The notes under the pieces were generated by a model. It had not been told where the DNA came from. It saw only the letters and a list, made by a program, of their open reading frames with translations, and ran no database searches. A stretch of 64,000 bases of DNA from a virus (Duplodnaviria; Heunggongvirae; Uroviricota; Caudoviricetes): the IMG/VR virus record IMGVR_UViG_3300045049_000270; one strand, written 5' to 3'. Every line of letters begins with the position of its first letter. Position 1 is the first letter of the stretch. A program made the position numbers and the translations under genes. Below are positions 57,039 through 64,000 of the stretch, in pieces.

Positions 57039-57503
57039 ATGGGTGTAGTAACAGATGCAGTAAGTGACGCGGCTAGTGTTGCAATGAAAGCCAATCCAAT
57101 AACTGGTATTTTTACTAATATCAAGCTTTACCTAACGATTTTTGTGATTGGAGTTTCAGTAGCTGGGTTTTTTGGCGTGCGCTGGTATTTGGGTCACGAA
57201 CAAGCAAAGATTGATGCATTAAATCAGAAGTTGGCAGCACAGCAAATTGCCATCACACAGCAAGCACAAGCACAAGCGCTGATGCAAAGTGATTTAGCAC
57301 AATTGAAGTTATTGACAGATGATTACAATAAGCAAATTGCACAAATTCGTATGAATTCAAATCATGTGACAACTATGTTCAATAGCCAGCAATACCAGAA
57401 CCTGGTGAAGTCACAGCCTACGCAAGCAGAAAGTCAGATCAATACTGACGTTAATCAACTTTTTCAGGATGTAAATGATGCGTCTCGTAAGCCAGCTCAG
57501 TAA
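57039..57503 (+). CDS. i-spanin (Rz-like)
   Basis: N-terminal TM helix plus periplasmic coiled coil; overlaps a lipoprotein gene. Confidence 0.75.
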   Translation: MGVVTDAVSDAASVAMKANPITGIFTNIKLYLTIFVIGVSVAGFFGVRWYLGHEQAKIDALNQKLAAQQIAITQQAQAQALMQSDLAQLKLLTDDYNKQIAQIRMNSNHVTTMFNSQQYQNLVKSQPTQAESQINTDVNQLFQDVNDASRKPAQ

Positions 57504-57882
57504 GCTTGTTGTTATTGGTGTGTTTGCTTTTCTGGCTGGATGCGCAACGCAACCGCCGATTGTAACGTCGAATATTGTGAAGCCACCACCAGTTTCCATT
57601 CCGGTGCCAACACCAACGAACCTACAGAATATGAAGTACCAGTTGTTGACTGGGCAAACCTTGCCAACATTCCAGGCAGCAATCGCCACGAACCCAGCAG
57701 CACAGTTTTATGTACTTGACCGAACCAATATGGAAATAATGATTTCCAATGTACAGGAACTACGCCGTTACATTCTTGAACAACAGGCGACTATTACTTA
57801 TTTGGGAAATGTGTTAAAGTCACAGCAGAATGATCCTTCCTCTTCTGGCAAGGATGCCACTGCTACTAACCAGACCAAATGA
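57475..57882 (+). CDS. o-spanin (Rz1-like lipoprotein)
   Basis: Lipobox FLAGC followed by a Pro-rich segment. Confidence 0.75.
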   Translation: MMRLVSQLSKLVVIGVFAFLAGCATQPPIVTSNIVKPPPVSIPVPTPTNLQNMKYQLLTGQTLPTFQAAIATNPAAQFYVLDRTNMEIMISNVQELRRYILEQQATITYLGNVLKSQQNDPSSSGKDATATNQTK

Positions 57883-58883
57883 AAAAAGATGCGTATGAAG
57901 TCCTGGGGGTATCCAGGACTGCCACAGATGACGAAATCAAGAAAGCTTATCGCAAACTTCGGACGAAGTGGCATCCGGATCATAACAAAGGTACCGAAAC
58001 GGTAGCTGAAGTTCAGTTCAAGGAAGTCCAGCTTGCGTTTGAATCTATTGAAACCGCCGAAAAACGTTCGTTGTATAACGCCAAGAATTTTAGTGGTTAT
58101 TCGTCGTCAAGTTCCAATTCTGGGCGCGGACAATCATACGATTGGGAAGAAATATTCAAACGCGCCGCCGATAAATCGACAAATACACGCAAAAACTATT
58201 ATGATTCGAGCGATAAGTCTCGCTACGACTTTGATGATGGCAAATATCGAGAATATCGATATGACCCCAACGAAGATAACTGGTATGATGAAAATCGTAG
58301 TAGTTGGAAGTCGACTGACGACTGGATGAACGAAACCATCAACCGTTCGAAGTATGAAAATTGGTCTCCTGAAAATGAACATGCTCACTTCGATCTGGAG
58401 ATTTCACTAGAAGATGCGTTCACTGGTAAACAAATCACGCTATCATATATGATCGATGGCGAACCTCGATCAGTATTGTTGAATATTCCTGCTGGTATTG
58501 ATTCTGGTAAGAAAATCCGTTGTTCTGCTGCTGGTTCTAGACTGAACAAGAATAAGACTGCTGGCGACCTTTACGTTCATATTACTGTGAATGATAGTAT
58601 CAAGTTTACGCGAGATGGTCGAAACTTGATTCAAAAGAAGCAAGTGAACGTTCTCGATTTATTGGCAGGTTCACAAGTTCGAGTTAGTACCATCGATGGC
58701 ACCGATTTCGATGTCACAATTCGCCCTGGTACTAAGCCAGGAACTCGAATCCGCATTCCTGGCTATGGCATGTCAGTGCTCAACAGCAAAGATCGCGGTG
58801 ATTTCTTCATTGAAATCGAAATGGAATGGCCAGCAAATGTTCACCAAGAAGTGATCGACGCTATCAAGAATCATAAGGCTTGA
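57879..58883 (+). CDS. DnaJ/CbpA-class co-chaperone
   Basis: DAYEVLGV...IKKAYRKL...HPD J-domain; C-terminal ISLEDAF.G...GDLYV...GDFFI; no zinc finger. Confidence 0.92.
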   Translation: MKKDAYEVLGVSRTATDDEIKKAYRKLRTKWHPDHNKGTETVAEVQFKEVQLAFESIETAEKRSLYNAKNFSGYSSSSSNSGRGQSYDWEEIFKRAADKSTNTRKNYYDSSDKSRYDFDDGKYREYRYDPNEDNWYDENRSSWKSTDDWMNETINRSKYENWSPENEHAHFDLEISLEDAFTGKQITLSYMIDGEPRSVLLNIPAGIDSGKKIRCSAAGSRLNKNKTAGDLYVHITVNDSIKFTRDGRNLIQKKQVNVLDLLAGSQVRVSTIDGTDFDVTIRPGTKPGTRIRIPGYGMSVLNSKDRGDFFIEIEMEWPANVHQEVIDAIKNHKA

Positions 58884-58937
58884 CTTTATTTCCAACGATG
58901 TAATCATCTGGTGTGAACTGATTACATCGGAGGGACC

Positions 58938-59291
58938 ATGCGAATAATTGCACTGAGCTTACTACTTGTAAGTTGTTCTGCCTTTTCTCAATCAGCTCAA
59001 GTTCTTGAATGTGCTGGCTATGTTCAGAAAATTGACGAGGCCATCATGGATGCTGACAATCAGCTTCATGACCTTCAGGTGGGTGTAAAGAAGGACAATA
59101 CTATACCTTTTGAAGAAGTGGCGAACATTCGTCAAGAAATTTGGCAAGCCACTATCACAGAAAGATTTGACATTCGACATATAACACATCTAGGCAATGT
59201 GCCAAATTGTGCTACAATAGCGGAAAGCGCAATCAATAAAGTGCGCGCTATATTAGATAGCCATTTGACGAATGCTCAAATTAGTAGATGA
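58938..59291 (+). CDS. secreted hypothetical protein
   Basis: Signal-peptide-like N-terminus; GGAGG RBS. Confidence 0.6.
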   Translation: MRIIALSLLLVSCSAFSQSAQVLECAGYVQKIDEAIMDADNQLHDLQVGVKKDNTIPFEEVANIRQEIWQATITERFDIRHITHLGNVPNCATIAESAINKVRAILDSHLTNAQISR

Positions 59292-59775
59292 GAATCAAGC
59301 GGTTCTAAAACAAAAGACCACACCATATTTGTTCGAGGATAGCGAAACAGAACGCAGAGACCTCGAATCTCAAATGATTGGGACCATGCTTGCTAACAAC
59401 GGTATTGGTCTTGCTGCTCCCCAAGTTGGATTGCGTAAACGCTTCTTCGTCATGCAGAAGCAAGATGGCACGTTCATCACGTGTTATAATCCTGAAATAA
59501 TTTCAATATCAGAAGAAATCGAATCCGACACAGAAGGTTGTCTGAGTTTTCCTCTGCTATATCTAAAGGTTACGCGGCCGTTACAAATAACTGGCAAATA
59601 CCAAAACACAACTGGCAATATTGTTGTAGAATTGTTTAAGGGTATCGATGCAAGATGTTTCATGCACGAACTTGAACATCTAGATGGTGTGGTGTTTACA
59701 TCTAAAGTAGGTGCAGCATCGCTGCAAATTGCAAGACAGCGCCAAAGCAAATTAAAGAGGACCAAGCGCATATGA
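59272..59775 (+). CDS. def: peptide deformylase
   Basis: GIGLAAPQVG, EGCLS, HELEHLDG motifs. Confidence 0.95.
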   Translation: MLKLVDENQAVLKQKTTPYLFEDSETERRDLESQMIGTMLANNGIGLAAPQVGLRKRFFVMQKQDGTFITCYNPEIISISEEIESDTEGCLSFPLLYLKVTRPLQITGKYQNTTGNIVVELFKGIDARCFMHELEHLDGVVFTSKVGAASLQIARQRQSKLKRTKRI

Positions 59776-62084
59776 GTAATAACGATCTGAACATGAATGA
59801 CATCTCGCGAGTGCTGAGCGTCGCTTACAATCTCGCGGTGAAACTCAGTCATGAATATATCACGCTTGAGCATTTGCTCCAGGCAATGATAGTTGAGCCT
59901 GATGTAATCAAGATGATTCAGGAATTGAATGGTGACACTGCGGCAATTAACGAACGGCTTGAACAATTTTTTGATCAGGGAATGGTTCCGTCGATCAATA
60001 ATCAAGATCCGATCGAAACTGACACGCTGAAGCAAGTGGTGCAGCAAACGGTTGCCCGCGTAATTTTCAGTAGTCGCAAAGATGTTCGTTCAGTCGATCT
60101 CATCATCAGCATGCTGCAACAAGATAACAGCTATGCTTCACAATTCCTGCACGAACAAGGAATCACGCTTGACCTTGTAAAGGAATATCTGTCACACGGT
60201 ACGAATGGTACTGGTGGATCACCTGCTGGAGGTCGGGCACCTGCTGGTATGGATGGAAGCCAACAAGTTCAAATCAAGTCGAAGGAAGATGCCATTGCGT
60301 TCCTTGGTCAATACACCAAGAATCTCAATGATCTAGCCGCAGAAGGCAAACTTGATCCGATGATTGGACGTGAAGATGAAGTTGATCAATTGGTTGTGAT
60401 CACCGCTCGTCGTAGCAAGAACAATGGTGTTCTAGTTGGCGAGCCTGGTGTTGGTAAGACTGCCATTGCAGAAGGCTTGGCCCTGAAGATCATCAACAAA
60501 GAAGTTCCAGAAGTTCTGCATAATTCGACGGTTTACAGCTTGGATATTGGTGCGTTGGTTGCTGGTACCAAGTTCCGTGGTGACTTCGAAGAACGCATGA
60601 AGAACATTCTGAAGGCACTTGAATTTATTGACGAGCCCATTCTGTTCATTGACGAAATCCACATGATCATGGGCGCTGGTAGCGGTTCCCAAGGTTCGAT
60701 GGATGTGGCGAATCTCTTGAAGCCAGCACTTGCTCGTGGCAAACTTCGAGTTATTGGTAGTACAACATTCGAAGAATTCCGCAAGCATTTCGAAAAGGAT
60801 CGTGCTTTGTTGCGTCGTTTCCAGAAGGTTATGGTCAACGAACCAACAGTTGAAGAAGCGAAGCTTATTCTTCGTGGGGTGCAATCACGTTTCGAAGAAC
60901 ATCATGGCGTCAAGTATACGCCTGAGGCCATTGACAAGGCAGTTGAACTGACACATCAATACGTTCACAATCAATTCCTTCCTGACAAAGCATTTGATGC
61001 CATCGATGCGGCGGGTGCTCGAGATCGTGCTCGTGGTGAAGAAAAGCGTTTGCGCGTGATTGATGTTGAACAAATCATGTTCGAAGTCAGTAAGCTGGCA
61101 AAGATTCCGCAACAAAACGTGGCTGATGATGAAGTGTCAAAGCTGCGTTTGCTTGAACCGAATATGCACAAGAATGTATTTGGTCAAGAGCCAGCAATCA
61201 AGGCACTAACTAATGCTGTTTATATGTCTCGAGCTGGTCTGCGTGAAGACAACAAACCGGCAGGTGTCTATCTGTTCGTTGGTCCGACTGGTGTTGGCAA
61301 GACTGAAATGGCACGAACACTTGCTGATACGTTGAACATTCCTCTGGTCAAATTCGATATGTCGGAATACATGGAACAACATACGGTGTCGAAGCTGATT
61401 GGTTCGCCTCCTGGTTATGTTGGTCATGGTGAAGGTGGTGCAGGTTCTGGTTTGCTGACCAATGCGATTGAGCAGTCACCAAATTGTGTATTGTTGCTTG
61501 ATGAAATCGAGAAAGCACATCCAAATATCTTCAATGTGTTGTTGCAAGTGTTTGATGATGCCAAACTTACAAATAGTAATGGCAAAACCGTGCATTTCAA
61601 TAACGTCTATGTTATCATGACGTCAAATGCTGGCGCATCGGCAATGGCACAAACGTCGGTTGGTTTTGCGACAAATACTCGCACAACGGAAATGGACAAG
61701 GCAGTGGAGAAGATGTTCACTCCCGAATTCCGTAATCGTCTTGATGCTGTAGTTAAGTTCTCGCGTCTGCAATCTATTCATATGATCAGTATTGTCCAGA
61801 AATTCTTGAAGGTTACGACTGAAAAGGCCTTCAAGAAGGGTATCAAGTTGACAGTTACTCCGGATGCAATGTCCGAACTGGCGACACTGGGCTATGACCC
61901 GCTCATGGGGGCACGTCCGCTTGCTCGCGTGATCGATGAAAAGGTCAAGCAACCGCTATCTCGTGAAATTCTTTTCGGTAACCATACTGAAGGAACTGAG
62001 TTACAAGTTGCTCTGGTCGATGGTGAAGTTGTTGTTAAAGTTGCCGAAACGACAACAACAAAGGAACCAACTGAGGTGGTTTAA
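59772..62084 (+). CDS. clpA: ATP-dependent Clp protease ATP-binding subunit ClpA
   Basis: Clp-N ([10 protein letters not shown]), GEPGVGKT and GPTGVGKT Walker A motifs, VGF (IGF-type) loop, GARPL; no ClpB middle domain. Confidence 0.92.
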   Translation: MSNNDLNMNDISRVLSVAYNLAVKLSHEYITLEHLLQAMIVEPDVIKMIQELNGDTAAINERLEQFFDQGMVPSINNQDPIETDTLKQVVQQTVARVIFSSRKDVRSVDLIISMLQQDNSYASQFLHEQGITLDLVKEYLSHGTNGTGGSPAGGRAPAGMDGSQQVQIKSKEDAIAFLGQYTKNLNDLAAEGKLDPMIGREDEVDQLVVITARRSKNNGVLVGEPGVGKTAIAEGLALKIINKEVPEVLHNSTVYSLDIGALVAGTKFRGDFEERMKNILKALEFIDEPILFIDEIHMIMGAGSGSQGSMDVANLLKPALARGKLRVIGSTTFEEFRKHFEKDRALLRRFQKVMVNEPTVEEAKLILRGVQSRFEEHHGVKYTPEAIDKAVELTHQYVHNQFLPDKAFDAIDAAGARDRARGEEKRLRVIDVEQIMFEVSKLAKIPQQNVADDEVSKLRLLEPNMHKNVFGQEPAIKALTNAVYMSRAGLREDNKPAGVYLFVGPTGVGKTEMARTLADTLNIPLVKFDMSEYMEQHTVSKLIGSPPGYVGHGEGGAGSGLLTNAIEQSPNCVLLLDEIEKAHPNIFNVLLQVFDDAKLTNSNGKTVHFNNVYVIMTSNAGASAMAQTSVGFATNTRTTEMDKAVEKMFTPEFRNRLDAVVKFSRLQSIHMISIVQKFLKVTTEKAFKKGIKLTVTPDAMSELATLGYDPLMGARPLARVIDEKVKQPLSREILFGNHTEGTELQVALVDGEVVVKVAETTTTKEPTEVV

Positions 62085-62149
62085 GCAGCACAAGGGAAGT
62101 AGGCAGTAACTAAACATTAGACTGAACACACGAGTGGCTTAGACCACTC

Positions 62150-62803
62150 GTGTTTGAATTCAGCGTGCAGTTTTATGAAGTAATGGCAACTAATTCGCAA
62201 TATCCTGTAAAAACAATCTCACGTCTGTTTTGGAACAAGTATTCATTTAAAGTTGTAGTCCTAACAAAATCCACGTTTTCCTCGTGGAGAGATGAATCTA
62301 AACGCAATCGAGAGTTGATTTCGATTTTGCGTCATTGTCCTGAAGTAACAGACACATCTTGGCGGTATATCTCAAATTATGATAATGTGGTGCTGTTTTT
62401 TGAACAGCAAGTAGACTTCGACCACTTTATCGAAAAATATAAGGGCAATATTCGGGAGGTATGGAAACCAGTATGTAATGAACAAACGAAACTGTTGAAT
62501 GATGATCACAAACTGGTGGTTCGTGATAAGTTGTTTTTCAGTAAATTCGATTGGTGCGTTACATTCCAATTAGTTGATAGCATAGCAAGGGCCGATATAC
62601 GAGATTGGACTGAAGGTTTTTTCGAAATTCATGATGGTCCACTAAGTACTGAACGCTTGCATTATAGCGATGGCCGGCATATCAAACTTTATTTGTGTGA
62701 TGAATCAGATGTTCTAATGGTAAAACTTGCACAAAGTGGACGTATTCGTAAAATTGAAAAGGTAGTATTGACTGAAACACTTATTACAGAGACACCAGAA
62801 TGA
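62150..62803 (+). CDS. hypothetical protein with tandem FKL-like domains
   Basis: LFWNKY..KV / LFFSKF..CV duplication; LYLCDESDVLMVKL. Confidence 0.65.
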   Translation: MFEFSVQFYEVMATNSQYPVKTISRLFWNKYSFKVVVLTKSTFSSWRDESKRNRELISILRHCPEVTDTSWRYISNYDNVVLFFEQQVDFDHFIEKYKGNIREVWKPVCNEQTKLLNDDHKLVVRDKLFFSKFDWCVTFQLVDSIARADIRDWTEGFFEIHDGPLSTERLHYSDGRHIKLYLCDESDVLMVKLAQSGRIRKIEKVVLTETLITETPE

Positions 62804-63150
62804 AACAGACCCTACTTGCTAAACTAGTAGAGAAGAAGCTGATTAAAGAAACAACACGTATTGAAGCAGATTACATTGGCATTAACGATGATGGCTCCAG
62901 TAAGCCAAAGAAGCGAACAGTGTTTAATGTGAAAAGCGTAAATTCAACGCCATTGCATCCCGCATTGATTCTGAATGTTGTAAATACAGAAGATGGCAGC
63001 GAAGCAGTTATCTTTTCGTATGAAGTGCTGACCATTGATGGCCTCAAACCACAACGCTTTGCGGTCGCTAACGGCGTCAGTGCAGATGGTATTGAACGTT
63101 TGAAAAAGCGACGCGGACGCAAACCCAAGATTCGCGATACTCAAGAATAA
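62800..63150 (+). CDS. hypothetical protein with C-terminal AT-hook-like motif
   Basis: KKRRGRKPK. Confidence 0.65.
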   Translation: MKQTLLAKLVEKKLIKETTRIEADYIGINDDGSSKPKKRTVFNVKSVNSTPLHPALILNVVNTEDGSEAVIFSYEVLTIDGLKPQRFAVANGVSADGIERLKKRRGRKPKIRDTQE

Positions 63151-63410
63151 TGTCCAATGTCATAGATCTAGGTGCTACGCTCCTCAAATTCAAGAATGAT
63201 CTTGAGGAGCGTGAAAAAATTATCCAACAGCAACAGCTTCAAATAGAAGAGCTAAAAGCACAATTGGCTTCAATTAGTGCGACTAATGATTTGTTGAAGC
63301 TATTGATGATGGATATTATCGCAGTGAAGACCCAACAGAATCAACAAGACCAAGCGTACCTGCAACAGTTGCAAGATCTCTTCCATAAGTTGCCACACAT
63401 CGCTAAATAA
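63150..63410 (+). CDS. coiled-coil hypothetical protein
   Basis: Heptad-rich, Gln-rich. Confidence 0.6.
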   Translation: MSNVIDLGATLLKFKNDLEEREKIIQQQQLQIEELKAQLASISATNDLLKLLMMDIIAVKTQQNQQDQAYLQQLQDLFHKLPHIAK

Positions 63411-63442
63411 GAAAAAGAGGGATTTAAATCCCTCTTTTCTTT
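63408..63442. terminator. intrinsic terminator
   Basis: AAGAAAAAGAGGGATT-TA-AATCCCTCTTTTCTT. Confidence 0.75.
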
Positions 63443-63454
63443 AAAGGCAACGAA

Positions 63455-63694
63455 ATGGCACAAATCATCACACACTCAGTCCCAGTACAAATTCAAGTTA
63501 ACATCCACCGTTTGGTAAAAACCAATGTTGTGGTGATAGAAATCGAACCAGAAATTCAAGAACAAATTCAACAATTAGTTATTGCGTTGCTCGCCGAGAA
63601 TTCTTTAATTCAGGTGGCAGAACAGCTCGAGGTTTTCATCCGCGAGCTGCTTTGTGATAATAGCTTGATTGTTGAGATCGATACTTGCGTTTAA
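63455..63694 (+). CDS. hypothetical protein
   Basis: 79-aa ORF with AAGG RBS. Confidence 0.5.
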   Translation: MAQIITHSVPVQIQVNIHRLVKTNVVVIEIEPEIQEQIQQLVIALLAENSLIQVAEQLEVFIRELLCDNSLIVEIDTCV

Positions 63695-63999
63695 AGCTCA
63701 CTCAACTTACAGTGGACTTCAATCATCATTGGTTTGAAGTCCACCGTTCTTTTCAATGCAAAAAAATTGTTACTGGTTTGATTTTCTTCTGTGTCACCAG
63801 AATAAATTCTAGCTATTTCATCAAATACAGTCTTGATTGTTCGAATTATATCGACTTCTTCTTTCTTCTTGGGAAGAAGATACGGCATCCAACGATTGGC
63901 GATTTTTTGTGGCTCTTTTGCTTCAAATTTGTACCCGAGCTCTCGCCAGAGCTCAGTAATCTCGTCTAAAATGTCTTCGCTAAGGGCCGAACGACCTTC
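63691..63999 (-). CDS. 3' end of a gene entering from beyond the window
   Basis: Frame stays open to the window edge (EGRSALSEDILDEITELW...). Confidence 0.6.
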   Translation of the reverse strand, partial: EGRSALSEDILDEITELWRELGYKFEAKEPQKIANRWMPYLLPKKKEEVDIIRTIKTVFDEIARIYSGDTEENQTSNNFFALKRTVDFKPMMIEVHCKLSEL

Positions 64000-64000
64000 C

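Noticed and set aside
1-64000. Alternative genetic code or tRNA genes
   Set aside because: Conserved genes read intact in the standard bacterial code with TAA, TGA and TAG all used as stops; no cloverleaf or T-loop GTTCGA context was found by eye

Overview
This 64-kb window looks like part of a lytic jumbo dsDNA phage genome, probably of the T4-late-promoter (TATAAATA) type. A Betaproteobacterial (Burkholderiales-like) host is inferred from the host-like dUTPase, DUF1003 protein and hybrid histidine kinase. Bases 1-34.5 kb are almost all on the minus strand. They carry replication and auxiliary genes (PhoH, clamp loader, GroES, a stand-alone DnaE fragment, dUTPase, IscA/HesB, SleB-type hydrolase, M16 peptidase, GNAT, 2H phosphoesterase, macrodomain, Ser/Thr phosphatase, PAS hybrid kinase, LexA-like HTH, histidine phosphatase). 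Among them are more than 20 divergent paralogues ending in a D-x-x-A-x-x-(F/L)-K-L motif. Bases 34.6-63.7 kb are on the plus strand: modular fibre and lectin genes, a 2-kb non-coding repeat region (origin-like), spanins, DnaJ, peptide deformylase and ClpA. The most notable unannotated signals are: (1) a ~410-nt highly structured RNA candidate with its own promoter at 18.4-18.85 kb; (2) four dispersed elements with conserved arms around a variable hairpin; (3) late promoters sitting in the loops of RBS-sequestering hairpins; (4) a LexA DNA-binding-domain-only gene next to a perfect SOS box; and (5) a missed frameshifted gene. All calls are by eye; no database searches were run.
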